Of a DNA stretch of 64,000 nt, positions 1-15,495 are shown one piece after another. Below the pieces are notes generated by a model. It had not been told where the DNA came from, ran no database searches, and was given only the letters and a program-made list of their open reading frames with translations. The stretch lies in NCBI RefSeq assembly GCF_009914755.1, contig NC_060934.1; one strand, written 5' to 3'. Made by a program: the position numbers and the translations under genes. Numbering within the stretch: the first letter of the stretch is position 1; each line of letters starts with the position of its first letter. This DNA is from the human T2T-CHM13v2.0 reference genome, Homo sapiens.

Positions 1-960
1 TTAAAGAGGGAATTATTAAGCAGAAGGGAAGGAGAACTTGAAGATTTGAAAAATTCTTAGCCTATCCCTATTGCAAAAAGTGAAAAAGCATGGCCAATTG
101 CCTATTTGAAAAGAAGATTAATATGGGTGTGAACTATGAACTTAATCCACCACCCAAGCAGGAAAACTGCCAGTTAGAACTGAAAAGAAAAGAAACAAAA
201 AGTAATGAAGGAAAGCTATCAGGCTTTGTTGTTTTTGCAGCATGGGACCAGAGAGGTATATATCTGAGAACAGACATTATTCTTCAATACAAGAACAATG
301 ACCCCGGAAGGCAATTCAGAGACCATCAGGACTGCTTTCTCAGGTTCAAAACAGGGGATCATTGCTTTGCTCTCAACAGGCCAGAAAGCCTCTTCTCAAA
401 GCTGTGAGATCAGGGCCCCCCAGAACTGTGAGGTCATGAGTACCCAGGAAAGCGCTGGGGGTGAGAACCCTGCAGAGTAGAGTTTCAAGTTCAGGACTTC
501 TTCCCTAGTGGGCCTAGAAGGTGAAATATTAGCTCCAGTGGGCTTGGAGGCACAGCATGGAGCCAGAGGATTATTCTTGACCCTTAATTCCTTCCCTTCT
601 CAAGATCTCATGAAGTTTGCCTTGTAGTTTCAACTTACTTGGCCTCTGTTACTCCCTTTCTTCTTTCTTATTTCTCCCTTTTGAAATGAAAATGTCTAGC
701 CTATGCCTGTCACACAATTGTATTTTGGAAGCACATAATATGTTTTGTTTCAAAGGTTCACAGCTTTAGAGGATTTTGCCTCACAGTGACTCATACCTCG
801 AGTCTCACACATACCTAATTTAGAAGAGACTTAGAAGAGACTTGGGACTTAGACTTTACAGTTGATGCTAGGATGAATTAAGATATTTGTGGCTAATGGA
901 ATGGAATGAATGTATTTTTCATGTAAGAAAGACATGAATTTCGAGGGGCTATGGACAGAA
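1..960 (+). mobile_element. MaLR internal sequence (MLT1A/MST-int-like), runs off window start
   Basis: MaLR-int-like sequence (TTTTGGAAGCACATAA...GGTTCACAG; GTTGATGCT...GGAATGAATGTATTT) ending in a purine-rich tract that abuts the LTR. Confidence 0.75.
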
Positions 961-1321
961 TGCTATAGACTGAATGTTTATGTCTCCCCAAAATTCATAT
1001 GTTGAAACCTTATCCCCAGTGCAATGATATTTAAAGGTGGGGCCTACAGGAGGTGTATAGGTCATGAGGGCAGGACTCTCATGAATGGGATTAATGTCCT
1101 TATGAAAGAGACTCTATAAATAAGATCCCTTCTACCTCACATTCTACCATGTGAGGACACAGCCATCTCTGAACCAGGATGTGGGCTCTCGTCAGACACC
1201 AAATCCGTTGCTGCCTTGATCTTGGACTTCCCAGCCTTCAAAACTGTGAGAAATAAATTTCTGTTGTTTATAAGCCACCCAGGTTATGTTATTGTTGGAG
1301 CAGACAAAACTGACTAAGACA
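961..1321 (+). mobile_element. MLT1A/MLT1A0 LTR (3' LTR)
   Basis: Starts TGCTATAGACTGAATGTTTATGTCTCCCCAAAATTCATATGTTGAAACC. Contains AATAAA. Ends GACTAAGACA. Confidence 0.88.
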
Positions 1322-1799
1322 ATGTGTTTATTTTTTCTTTAGCTACTAGACAGTTTGCAGTAAATCCAGGAAACAATCCATCAGTTGAATGGGATCATAT
1401 CATATGCATATGCCCATGACACATTTATCCTTGGGCTTTATTTTTTTCCTCCACTGATTTATCTAACATCCAATGTCCTTTGATTTAAAAATTAACTCTA
1501 TCTCACTCCATAAATCTGTGAGGGACTTTGCAAAAAATTACATAAAAGGATAAACAGACCGATGGGTGACTATACAGATGAATTGATATCTAGGTAAATA
1601 ATATCTATTCAGGTCTTTGCACCCTTATCCATTTCTACTTCCTTTCAGACTTTGAGGATACCTGCAATAGTAACTACATTTTTTTCTTGTCAGAATAACC
1701 ATATACTGAGTATGTCACATTTTGGTTGTCTCCTCTATTTCTGGGTACCATAAAATAACATATAACTATGTCTGAGCAATGGATACAGACAAGACATGA

Positions 1800-2005
1800 C
1801 ATGTAAAACTTCCAGGTCAGAATACTTATAATGTGAGGTCCTCCACAGCTCTCTTTTCCAATCTCAAGAACCAGCAATGCCACAGTTGGTGGACTCTTTA
1901 ACACTTGGGTCCCTGAGTGATAACTATGCAGATGAGAACTCCCACATGACTCACACAGGTCATATTGTTCTTTGCTGCAGCATCAACTAATCTATCCTGA
2001 AAGCT
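1800..2005 (+). mobile_element. old MLT1 (J/K-like) LTR fragment
   Basis: CTTGGGTCCCTGAGTGA and GCAGCATCAACTAATCTATCCTGA resemble old MLT1 3' ends. Confidence 0.4.
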
Positions 2006-3982
2006 ATATACCATAATGAAATGAGTACAGAGCCAGTGAAATGGAAGTGGTGGACAAGCCTCCAAAGTAGCTGAAACTGGTAATATAGGAAGTGAAAGGA
2101 AAAGGCAAAATATCAAAATTTCACTGCAGATTTTGAAGTACACTTTCAAAACTGCAAAAGAATTGGTAAGGGTTTAGAGATGAATCATGAAAGTGACTAG
2201 GATAGACATAGAAACAGCAAAGAAATATTAAATGTGCTCTTATTGTTTACCTACAGAATGGTGGCCCTTTGTACATTTCATGCACTCAGCTGAGGTATTG
2301 CAACTAGTTTTAAAGAAAGGCTATGGTTTGTATATAAGGGTTGCATTTCAAGAGTCTCTAGCAGTAATCCAATTTAATCTTTCAAGGGAATAATACAAAC
2401 ATGGGATTTGTAATCAGAAATATCTTACTGTGGCTGAGGCTTTGAAAATGTTACTTTGCTTTGCTTGGCCTTGATTTTTGTTTTATTAGGAAAATGGAGA
2501 GTATTGTACCTATATGCAGTGTTGATGAGATAATCATATTAAATAATCCAAGAAAATCTTTGGCCAGGGAAAAAGTTCATTTATTATTAGAAGCCTTCAA
2601 ATATTTTATTTTACAATAGGAAGTCTAATCCACAGAGAGATTAACCTAGTTGTCCATGTCATGGAGCTAAGAAAAATGTCTTCTAATAACCTATAGAATT
2701 TGGGTATTTTTCATATTTTCTGAGGACTAAACAAGTAGATAGGTCACAAGTTAAGTCAAAATTAATTTCAGATAGATAAAAGAGTGAGAGTATTTATCAT
2801 CCAAAAAATGGAGTGGTAGAAAATGAAGGAGGCCTGAGAGTCTCTATCTATGGAACTATCCGTTTACAGCCAAGACTGATCACAGCTAACCACAAATCTG
2901 CCCTCACTTAGAAAAGCTTTCCATGGTTTCTTCCAGCTAATTCCTATATGTTTTAATATCTTTTCAGAGCACAAAGCACATGCCATCTAGGATGACTACC
3001 AGGCTTTCCATCATGGCCTGCCTTATAATATATCTCCTGTGTTATTATCATTCTTACTGTTTATTAGACTTTAAATTGGTTTTACCTTTGCAAGTGAATA
3101 TATTTAATGTCAGAAATAATTAGAAGTCGAGATTTTTGAGGGTAAGTATTGAATGAATGTTAACTACTTGGCATCTTCATATATCATATATAAATGTATC
3201 ATACATTATACATCAATACAGCATAAAGCATCTCTTACAGTGCTATGCACATAGCAGGCAGGTAATTTGTATTTGCTGAATGAATAAATAAATACATGAA
3301 TAAAGAAAGTAATAAAAAAATTCACTGCCTGTAGGCAAGTACCTGGAAGACATGATTGTACAGTATTATATTATTCTATTCTCTGATGGGAAGAGTCTGA
3401 TTTAGACTAGAAAATTCAAAACAAGTAAGAGGACATCGAGACTAAGCAAATCACAGCAGTGATACTTATTAGTTTATAGACAGAGACCAAAGACTTATAA
3501 CATGGATCACTTGAAATAAGGACCAGGAAATTCACAGAAGTAGGCAATCTCATAATGCACAGGATAACCTAATAGATCTTTCCACCTGTTATTCCTCTAA
3601 GGGAGGACTCTTTCCATGAAACCAAAGATGACTAACTTGAGAGGCAAAGCACGACTGCTTAAACCGGCCATGCATCACTGGCACCAAACTGCTACAACTG
3701 AAAATGCGGAAAGCAGGCTATCCACATTCAAGCAAACCCATTTAATTCCCATACTACATCCCTTCTTGTAACATGCTCCTCATAGGGGAGACCACAGTGA
3801 GGAAATCCCTAGGTTCTATGTTTCAGGTCTCAAGTGAAAAAAAAGCAAGAAAAAATGATCTATGCTAAGGAGAAGAGGGAGATGGGAATAGGATGGCTTT
3901 GCTTAGGGTCTATATGCCAAAATGCAGAGGATAAAGAGAAAAGCGACCAGCACTTCGAAAAGGAGGTTCATGTTAGAAGGTA

Positions 3983-4200
3983 ACATGGCACAGTGAAAAT
4001 CACAGGTGTCTTTGGAGCCGAAGTCTTTAAATTTATAACATGCAACTTAGTGTCTATAATCTCAAGCAGTTTATTTCATTTTTCTGAGCTTCAGTTTCCC
4101 TTATAAACTGCGGACAGTACCACCTGTTTCTCAGGGTTGCCACAGGATGCCATGTGATTATTCATGAGATTGTCTGGAATATAGTAGCTCAGTAAAATAT
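3983..4200 (+). mobile_element. MIR
   Basis: Core-like TTCTGAGCTTCAGTTTCCCTTATAAA...CTCAGGGTTG. Confidence 0.6.
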
Positions 4201-4599
4201 AATCCCTCTCTGTCAATCCTGAGAGCCATTTTTGACAAAACAAAAAGTTTCAGAATGTTGAGAAGATCCATAAAATGCATGGACCTAGGCAAAGCAGGAG
4301 CTCAGAGCTAGAACTGGTTACATGAGCAGAAGAAGCATCCCCACTGCTCTCAATCAAAGACTTGGGTTCTCAAGGACAAAATTCATACAATGACATCTTT
4401 GGGACCATCCCTTCTAAGCTTTTAAGTTGTTTAAAGGAAAGTACAACAAAGAAGGCTAGATGATGCCTGTTATTACATTATTGTTAAGACTGGAGGGAAA
4501 GGCATTAAATGTAAAATGGCTAACTGTGATTTAACAACATTATCAAACATGATTCTACAGTAAAAAAAAAAAATCACAGGGTATTAAGTAACATCATAT

Positions 4600-4885
4600 C
4601 AATTCCCCAGGGAATATCATTTAGAGACAAGATAAAACTGGCATAACAGTACATACAGTTGGAGAATTGTTATGATAAGGGACAAAAACACATTATTTTC
4701 TTGTGTATGCATCTCTTTGCATAACAAATATAAAATGTCTGAAAGAAATACACAGTGGTTCCTTTTGACACAAGGACTGTCTGTGGTTTGGGCATGGGGA
4801 GAGGGGCTATCAAAGGAAACCAATATTTTTATCTCCATTTTCACCTTTTAATACAAAAATGTATTTATTATATAATAATACAAAT
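4600..4885 (+). mobile_element. old L1 (L1ME-like) 3' UTR remnant
   Basis: TCTGAAAGAAATACACA...GGGGAGAGGGG...TGTATTTATT layout resembles L1ME ends. Confidence 0.35.
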
Positions 4886-6596
4886 GAGGGAAAAGGAAAA
4901 AAGGAGGCAAGCACATCTACCTCCAAAAATTAGTTTGGTGGACAGGGAGTGTCCCAAGGGAAAAAGCACCAGCCACCTGATGCTGCTGTGAATGTAGATG
5001 TGACCCTCTGTACTTAGTGCCAGTCTTGAGAAGTGCTCCGGAGACTGGTTTTGGCTTTGTCTATTCCAGAGGGCACAAAGAGGTCACCTCATAAGGGAAA
5101 ATACCCGTTCAAATGACATTCTTATTTCTGTCTCTCTGTTCTCACAACTAAGCACAATACAAGCAAGGGCCTGCCATTCCTGACCTTGGTCAACCCTGAT
5201 ATTTCGTCCATGTACTATTTCTTCCATGTACTTTTCCTTCAAGTAAAACCATTAGAAGTCTGATTTTCATTTCCTTCCTTCTTTTCCCATTCAAAAAGAG
5301 AAGTGCTGAGTAGTAAGTAGCAAGAGTTCCACTCCAATGTCAGGGTTCTGTGGCTCTTGCCTCTCTGATCACTTAACCAGGAAAGGTAAGGAAGAAGCTA
5401 CTCAACCTAATTATAGATAAAAATAGCATGGCATTTGAGTGTCTGTGCTTTTATCTGAAGAAGGAAATAAGGTAAGACCCTAATCTTAAATGATGCATAT
5501 ACAAATAGCGGTAGCATTTAGTTATTTTTATGGATAAAATAGCTTTTTAAGTTAATTTTCTTTAACTTTGATGCTGATGGCACAATAGCATGATGGCACC
5601 TCTGTGTCATTATAAAATGTCTATCATCTCCTTACGGACTAAAAGCAGGAAAGAAAAAAAAAAGTAGTCCTGTTTCAGGCTCCAAAGTGAGGCACCGATT
5701 TAGCACTTGTCTTCTCTTCTGAATTTGCAGCTGGAGATAAGCTAAGAATTGGGCATGAAGAGGAAAAGGAAGGAAAACTCAAGTTGAAATAACGATAAGC
5801 AAATGCTCAGAGTTGTTGATGTCATCCTAGACATTGTTAGAGAGGCAAAGACAGTATCAGTCATTTTGACAAGCCCCTTCTGTTCACTGTTACTGCTTTC
5901 CCAGGGAGGCTTTCTTTCACATTTAAGATGAGAAATCATATTCCTCTCCACCCACAATTTCCCCTTTCTTTTTTTCACTTTGTTAAAACATCTAAAAATC
6001 ATGAGGCAAAGACAAACTGGCAAAAAAAAAAAAAAAAAAGGAAGAAAATGAACAAACACAACAAAACTGAATGAAGCCCAAAGTGTCTGAAGAGCCAAAG
6101 CAGCTCCCAACTTACAAGGGGGTATATGGTAAACATTCTCAATGATGTTGCATCTCCCCAGTAAATAATAAAATAATTGGTACTTGTATTCACAGTTTTG
6201 CCCACATCTGATGTTGAAAGCTTAGACTAGATGAACTAATATGCATATGTAATAAAGCAATATAGAAGATAACCATACTGTTCAATAAACAGTAAAAGAA
6301 ACTAAAATGGACTGGAATTATTTGAATGTTAATTCTTGAAAGTAAGTTCAATTACAGAACCTTGCAGTGGATAGATGGAAAGTCACAAGGCAGAACCCTT
6401 TGAAAGCAGGGAATATGTCAAAATTAGCCCAGTACTTAGCACAAGAGAGAAACACAATAAATAGAATGTATCATAAGTTAATGCTGCAAATATAAACAAG
6501 AAACTGAGATGTGTCCAGAGTTGAAGATGATATATTGGATAACTTTTAGAACGCTTAATTTAACTCAAAATGTAAGGATTTTCTTTTACCTACAGG

Positions 6597-7160
<564 letters not shown>

Positions 7161-7840
7161 TGTTCTTGCTGAGCCCAGGAGCCCTAGGAAGAGATATGTG
7201 TTCAGCTGGCCTCCAAGTTCATGACTCGTTCCAAAATTAGGTCCTAATTTTGATCTCTGCCTGCAATTGAGACAAGACCATCTGAAATGTATTTAAGTCT
7301 TGTTCCCTTTGCAACCCTGGTTCCAATGTTAGAATTAGGTATGTAATTAGAAACCTGTCAGATAGGTAACATAAAATGGAATCAGGACCAGTCAGGTTTT
7401 AATTTTTCCTTTTTTTCTCCCAAACCGGTGACTATGAAAACTAGCTCCAAAATGCTCTTAACTGAGCACAGAAAACTGAAAAGGAAGGTAAACGAACCAT
7501 TAATGGCATCAATTCTTCCCTGCAAACATTTTGCTGGGAACTGGTGGTCGACGTGATCTGAGCACTAGTGGGGCAGCACAAAAAAAGATAAAAGAAAAAC
7601 AGGTAATCTGAGTCTATGAGTCAGTGATCCATCAACTTGAGGACTCATGTAAGAACAAAATCAAAAGTGAAAAACAAACAAAACGAAAAACAGAAAACCA
7701 GCCAAACCTGATAAAAAAGCAACCGTGTATGAAACGTGTAATTTTCTCTTTACAAAACTCACAGAGCAGACAGCATCTCTCCAATTTGATCAAGGAAGTG
7801 TCAGCCTTTTGGTCAGCAAAATGCAATTGTGGAAAGCTGA

Positions 7841-8194
<354 letters not shown>

Positions 8195-9169
8195 CCGCTC
8201 AGCTTTCTTAAAGCAAAATGCCCATTTTCTTTATTTCAGAAAGGCCTAGAAGTTTCACAAATTTGCTCAGCTAGAAATTTTCAAGGATTATAATGATATT
8301 TGACTACTTCAACATGAAAACTGCTTTGGATTTACCTTTGGAAGTTGGGAACAGCTTAAAGCATTCTGCCTGGATGTGCTTGATCTGACCAGGAAGGCTA
8401 TCTTAGAAATGTCAGGAGCATGGATATTCACTCGGTCACTACTCACTCATCTTATTAGTGGTGGCTATACAATTTTTGCATACAGAAGACATTGCTTAAC
8501 GCATTTGCATATGGGAAAAATCTCTGAAAGTGTGGCTTTTGGGACTGCATCAGAAGGCTGGGAAGCAAATAATGAAGGTGAAATAAGGGGGAAAACAGGC
8601 TTCTAGCCAACTTGAAAATCAGTATTTCTTGCTCATAACAGGAAAACTAATTCAGTACCACCAACACCTGGTGGTTTGTGTCTTAATTGAATCATTCAGT
8701 TCTTTTTTTCCCCCTCTGCTACTAATAACTGAAGTTTAATAGGATTTTAACATTTCCAGCAAAGTGGCACATATCCCTAGCTCTCTCAGAAGAGGTAATT
8801 GACCACGATTGTATTAAACCATCATTATGGGAAATGCTTCAGGTCCCAGAAGAAATGCTACCAATGCTTGTAAATTGGAATGTCCTTCCTTCCTTTTGTC
8901 CCTAAGGTGATTTTCCAGTAAGCTAACGTGTTGGGCAAATGTCTGTAACACGTGATTAAACATGATTCAATCTAATTAAATACTTATTTAAGGTCAATTT
9001 ATCTCTGCTTGACTTTATTACCTCCTGTTTGACCTTGGCCCTTTTCTTTCCTTCCTGAATAAGTCTTTGCTTTGGAAGCGTCCCTTGAGTGACAATAATC
9101 CTTTTCATTTTAGGCTCACTTTAAGCCTAACCTCTTCCAAGAAAACCAACGATCACTTCATCCTATCTA

Positions 9170-9191
9170 AAACAAACAAACAAACAAACAA
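9170..9191 (+). repeat. (AAAC)n microsatellite
   Basis: About 5 units, read directly. Confidence 0.85.
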
Positions 9192-10764
9192 CAAAGCACT
9201 CTCCAATGTCTGCTCCTAGTTTTTAAAATTACAAGTAAACACTTAGATCACCAGCCTAGAAAAATATGACTTACCAAGAGTTCCAAGCCATATAGTCAGC
9301 ATCTTTGAAAATTGCCCTGCACCACCCAGAAAACTGTGATTCATAAATAAGAAAAACGTCTTCGATAGACAGGTATCTACCTTATTAAAATTCTTACGTT
9401 TAGATTGTAGTCAAATTTTAATGAGAAATAAAAATAATCTGGCTTCCTGTTGACCTTTAAAAGAGAAGAACCTTGTGAGATTCTGTATTCCATTAGCTTA
9501 ATCTATACCATTTCCAGCCTTTGGGATGAAGTCAGAAATCCTCGTTAGGAACCTTTCTCTGCATATTTGTGGAGAGTCTGTCTCCATGTCATCAGCTCAT
9601 TATGAAACACTAAGGAGAGGGGACACAACAGTTCTGCTCATTGCAGAGGCACTTCTTTTGATGGATGTGGATTTTATCTCCTTTAATCGCGGGCATTTCC
9701 CTGCATCCCAGTTGAGAGGGAGGATCTGTGACCTCAACATAATTGTATTAATGAATCAGTTGCAAGCAGAAGGGACACAGTCTGTCCATGACAGAAAAAC
9801 GAGCCTAAAAGATATGTTAGGAACTAATGAGTAAATTGGGAGAATACTTGTAAGCACTCTGCTTGCCATAAATAGCAACAGCAAGGGAACAGCATACAAC
9901 TTAGCGCCACAGGCAAGTAGCCTTTCCATCCCAGCCCACTCACTTGAGCCCAGCAGTGGTTAACATGATTTACAGATCTTTGATGGCTTTGGAAGTAAAT
10001 GAGATGCCAACCCCAATCTTGTTTGTGGCAGGCTGATTATTCAAAGATATGTAATTGCATAAAACAAAAAAAAAATGCTCATGTTACATTGGCTTTTCAA
10101 GGAGGTTTGCTGATAAAGAGCTAGATCTTGCCATTAGGTAAGAGAGATTCTAGATGAAAACTAACTGATTCAGGATTCTATGCTGTCATTTGGGGCATTT
10201 CTTATTCTTATGTGCCTGGAACCAATGAATGCACTTCTGCTTGAATATAGCTCCCTTACTTTCAGCACCATAGTTGAAATTCCAATTTTCCAGGATATAT
10301 CTGTTTGGGCCTCCATAGGTCTGGACTCCTCCACTACTTTGATTTCCTTAGAATACATGTTGTGTATTGGTGATTCTATGTCATTGGCATGTCTTTCTGT
10401 TCATTTTCTTAAGTATTCTTGCATCCTTTTTGTGCATCTTCCCCACAGGCATAACTTTGTCTATGATTTGGTTAATTCTTAGGACAGCAGGGAAATGGGA
10501 TCATGTTCCTGAAGATAGCAGAGGAACTTAAACAAACAATTGGCTCTAGTCAAGTCCTCTGTGAACATCTCACGCCTTTTCTGATTTTGCATCACCTCAC
10601 TTGTGCTTCCATCCTGCATAGACAGCTTTCCCCTTCTGCCCTCATGCTCAAAGGCTGCCTTTCCATCTGGCATTGTTCAAAGGCACACAGCCTTACCAGA
10701 TTTCTTCCACCTGGTAGGTAGGGCCCACCTCCACCTCTGAATGTGAGGCAAACTGAGAGAATGG

Positions 10765-11005
10765 AGTGAATGTGGCAATAAAGGCTGGTTTTTGAGTCAG
10801 GCATACCTGGCTTTAAAACTTATCTCTTTCCTTTACTAGCTGTGTGAACTTTGGCCAGTAATGTATCATCTTGGAACCTCAGATTCTTCATTGTAAATTG
10901 GTCACACTTATAGTGATTTCAGCTATTTCACAGATAGAATACAAGTATTTCTGCAAAATAGCTATGAAAGGGACTGGAACTCAGGAGGATCTCAACACAT
11001 TATTT
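10765..11005 (+). mobile_element. MIR
   Basis: GAGTCAGGCATACCTGG...TTACTAGCTGTGTGAACTTTGG...AACCTCAGATTCTTCATTGTAAA. Confidence 0.75.
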
Positions 11006-11354
11006 TATTTTCCTTCCAGTATTTCCACTTACTACTTGTACACTCTTCAATATAAGTATAAGGTCTTACAATCTTCATAGGCAGGAAACAAATTCCATAG
11101 CACTTCCATTTCTACTTAGGAAATTTAAGTAATCCTTTTCTCCAGATAAACATAAGCCCTTCTTCCAGAAAAAAATAAACTAAGCCTAAATCATGTTCTT
11201 CATGAGAAAGAATTTACACAAAAGAAACAAGAGATTAAAGTGTACTTTGGGTGAACACAACATCGGGTTGCATGATGTCCCATCTTGCTCTCACAGTTAG
11301 GGAAGTTGCAAATCTCAAGAGTGACCTTTCACAGTCGCTGGGCAAGGAGGAAAG

Positions 11355-11545
11355 GCAGAAGGGGCAATAGAGTCTAGATTTTGAAATCATCAGTCCTGTA
11401 AGTGTTTGATCCCATCACTGTCATTTACCAGCTGGTTGGCTTTGGATAAGTGTCTGAACTCGTTTTCTCATTTCTAAAATGGAAGTAACAACAGTACTTT
11501 GTGATGATTAAATATAATGAAACAAACCCATGGAATGTGCTTAGC
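11355..11545 (+). mobile_element. MIR
   Basis: CATTTACCAGCTGG...TTTTCTCATTTCTAAAATGG...GATTAAAT. Confidence 0.65.
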
Positions 11546-13710
11546 AAAAACACTCAAACACACACCTGAACCACAGCATAGGGAACTGCTGAAGAACTGC
11601 TACCATTAGTTCCTTAAGGAACATTTTCCTAGCTGGGACTTCATTAATCCTAATACCCCTTTATCGTGGAGATGGAGCACTTCTTCTATTTTCTCCTTGC
11701 TTCATAATGCTGATGCGTGATGTTGATTAACATCAATTCTTTGGCATTTCTCCCCACTGCCCTTTAGCTATGATCTCAATCTCCAATAAGGTGTCCTGGG
11801 TCTTACTCCCAGGTCGTGCCACTATTCCTGGTGATGAGACTCTGATAAAAATACATTAAATTCTGCAAACTTCTTAATAAGAGGTCTGCCTAAAAACATA
11901 TAATGCACATCTGAAGTCCTTTTAAACCAATAAATTATTTGCAAAAAAGGATGCTCTTTCTCAACACCAGTCCCTGAGCACAAACTCGTACAAATATCAA
12001 GGCAATAACAAAAGTTTCCGTTCAGATTCAAGACACCAAGTACAAGTCTTGCTGGAGCAGGCTTCTTCAGCTGGTTGCTATTGACAGCAGACTGGGTGAA
12101 ATTGTTCTGAAGTACCACATGCATGATAATAGCTGTCTAGATACAGCAAATAGATATAAGCAAATGAATGGTCTTGGAACTGTCTGCTGTCATTCATTTA
12201 AAAGAGAATCTCTTGGAGGCTGACTACCTTTGTTCAAAAATAAATTTAACTAGAATTTAGTTGCCGTGGGACGAAAGAACATAGAATAAATCCATCAGGC
12301 TCAAGCGAGAGCTGCCAGTTCCTTCAACGTTAAGAGAAATACAATGATTGGGCTCAATTGCTCACTGGCATAAAAAGAAGGGAGAAAAAAGAATGTTCAA
12401 ATAACTCTGTTGTTATCAAAGGCTGCACATGAGCCTGAACAATAACATAATTGCCTTTGTTCATTAGGGAGAAACCAGGTGGAGACGGTTTAATGTCTTA
12501 ATTAGGAAAATATTTCACACGAGCATAATTTAAGTTTTAAATTTTACCCACTCTTCCCAATTTGTCATTTAACTTGAAAATGGGAGTGTGTTCTTGTCAT
12601 CTTACATTCCAAAGGCTTCTTCGAAACAAACCTCTTCAAAGGAAGATCTTTAAGACCCTTTTCAACTGCTCTTCTAATTCTCCTTTCTCAGTGCCCCTAA
12701 TAACTTCTTTGATGGCTTGGATGAAATCTCTTTTTACTTATTGATTTTAGTTACCCCATCACTCACTCTATTGCTATTGCTGGATTCTGTGTGAGAGACC
12801 ATTGATCATTTCCTTAACTTCACAAAAGCTTTGCTTTGCTCAAGTGGGAGTTTCTGTGCTTGTTGATGTATGTTTATCCATTAGGAATGAAATCATGTTG
12901 CTCTGCCTTACAGAGGATCCACCTCATCTAACTTGAGCAGACTTGATAATGTCTTCAATATGTCCAAGTTTTCTATATATTCTAGGGAAAAAGAACAAAC
13001 TATCAAGGAAGAAAAAATGTTTCACATGCAATAAAGGACCATCCAACTGGAGGGAATCGCTGTCTTCCAATCCTAATTTTAAGACTTCATTGTGAGTTAA
13101 GAGAACCCAAACTTTCTCAGTCAAACCACCAATAATGAGACAATCTGAATAACCTAGTCACTCTAGTGTCCTTATGTAGAAGCAGAGGAAAATTTAAAAA
13201 AAATAGGTTTCTCATCTTATGGCTACTTTTATTTACAGAAGGAACAAGTGGACTCTGCTATACAGTTACAAACTGCAGAGCAACAAATAATCAACATTTC
13301 TCAAAATCAAGCTTCATACTTATAATAGTTTTAAAGTAGAAAACATATTGCTAAAGCAGTAACAGATGTTAAATAATTTTGAGAGGTAAACCAGGTATTA
13401 AATGATTAATCAAAAACTTTCCAAAATCTATCCAGAAGAGCAAAGGCTGGGAGCAACTTATTTAGAGTTGTAAAAGGAGTTCAACATCGTAACAACGGCC
13501 TCACATGGCTGACAAGAGCTTCTGTGCAGCAGACAGGCAATGGATGGGAGCACAAAAATGTAAAGTCTTTCGACTTAGAATCTAACATCTTTTGTTCCCA
13601 CTTTGGCCCTTATCCTACCTGAAGGTGAACAGATTTCCCTATGGACTCTGGACCCCAGAGCTCCTTCCTCGCAGAAAGTTTTCTTTTTTTTTTTTTAATC
13701 CTAGATTACT

Positions 13711-13982
13711 CTTTTAATTGGAATTAAAAAATACATAAATGAAATTTACTATCTTAACCATTTTTCAATGTACAATCCAGTTGCGGTAAGTACCTTCAAA
13801 ATGTTGTGTAACCATCACCACCATCTATTTCCAGAATGTTTCCATCATCCCCAAACAGAAACACTGGAGCCATTAAGCAATAACTCCACGTTCCTCCCTC
13901 CCAATCCCCCAGTAACTTCTAGTCTACTTTCTTCTGTCTTTACAATTAAATTTGCCTATTCTGTATAACTCATAGAAGTGAT
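13711..13982 (-). mobile_element. L1MB-type 3' end
   Basis: GTACAATCCAGT...GTTGTGTAACCATCACCACCATCTATTTCCAGAA...CCATTAAGCAATAACTCC. Confidence 0.8.
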
Positions 13983-14385
13983 AAAGGCTAGAATTTGAAC
14001 TCACTTTTCAAAGCCTCCTTGTTGCAAACACCACGTGTAGGTGTCCAGGTCCTATATACACTCTCCTGCTCTTTATAGTACCTGTCCTTAGTTCTGAGCA
14101 TTCTTGCATTTGGGCTTCTTTTGTATTTCTTTTAATGTTTGTCCCCTGGTGTTGACACAGACATTATTATTGGCATGTCCTCTTCCCAGGTCTCTGACTT
14201 AGATCTTTCACATCACATTTCTGCCTTATCCTCTGACCCAACTCCTGCTCCTCCAAGTCTTACCTCTTTTTTCTAAAACTAATCTATCAACTATAGAGCC
14301 TCCCTCAAAAACTGCTGTTCCCACAGTCTAGCTGCAGACCATCTCTTGGATGTTGCAGCATTTTGGATGAAAGCCTCTCTCTTTT

Positions 14386-14668
14386 GGCCCGATGCAGTGG
14401 CTCACGCCTTTAATCCCAGCACTTTGGGAGGCCAAGGTGGGTGGATTACCTGAGGTGAGGAATTTGAGACCAGCCTGGCCAACATGGCGAACCCCCCCAT
14501 CTCTACCAAAAATACAAAAATTAGCCGGGTGTGGTGGCAGGTGCCTTTAGTCCCAGCTACTCAAGAGGCACAAGAATCTCTTGAACCCGGGAGGTAGAGG
14601 TTACCATGAGCCTAGATCACATCATGGCACTCCAGCCTGGGCCACAAAGCAAGACTGTCTCAAAAACA
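14386..14668 (+). mobile_element. AluS (Sx-like)
   Basis: Full dimer with short tail. Degenerate TSD AAAG(C/T)CTCT(C/T)TCTTTT. Confidence 0.92.
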
Positions 14669-15239
14669 AAAGTCTCTTTCTTTTATACTTGAGAATAATG
14701 CTAGGCAGAGTCTGCTACACAGAGGATGCTATCATGAAAATCCTCTGTGACAAAAATCCTCTGTGACTGAGTTATCGTCAATCCACTTTACAGACTGAGC
14801 AGCCAAGGCACAATGATAGGTGGGAAAAATCTTATCTTCCTTTCTTTCCACTTCTTTCTTGTCCACTGCCCTTAGCCTCCGTCCAACAATGAACCACTGC
14901 TGTTGGCTGAAAAATAGAAAATTTGTTTTCCATCAATGTTTCTTTCTTTGAGAAGAAAGTAGCAAAGTAAAACCTAGAAAGTTAAACTTCTCAGACTCAA
15001 CTAAGTAAGAACTTATAGATAATTTTCTTTTGCCTAGCATTTAAAGGCATCGAATACAGGTCAATTTCTCTCTCTCTCACCCTCTCTCCCTTTCCCCTCT
15101 TCTTTCTCTTTTCTCTCATCTTTCCCACCCATCATCCTTACCTCCTCAAGACAGTCAGGTTTTATAAACTCCAGGCAATCCCATTATTTATTCCTATACC
15201 CAAGCTTTAGCTATGAATAGACAATTTCACATTTTTCCT

Positions 15240-15495
15240 ATCCAAACCCACCTATTCTTAAAAATTCAGTGAGAGCCCCTCTTGTTTAGCACTATCCCAC
15301 CCATTCTGCTCTTAATTCCGGTGCCATATGTTAATTTACACAACATAGCACTTAATTTTCAAATTAGTAGTTCCTTAGTTCTAGACTCAAGCTCCTTGAA
15401 AACTGGAGTTATGATGTTATTTGTACCATGTACCCATCATGGTGGCAAGCAATCTTTAGCACGCTAACAGTAGACAACAAATACTTGTTTCTTGA
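15240..15495 (+). mobile_element. L2 3' end
   Basis: CTAGACTCAAGCTCCTTGA...CAACAAATACTTGTT. Confidence 0.55.

Noticed and set aside
10261-10281. REST/RE1 site (TTCAGCACC)
   Set aside because: Left half only; the GGACAG half-site is missing.
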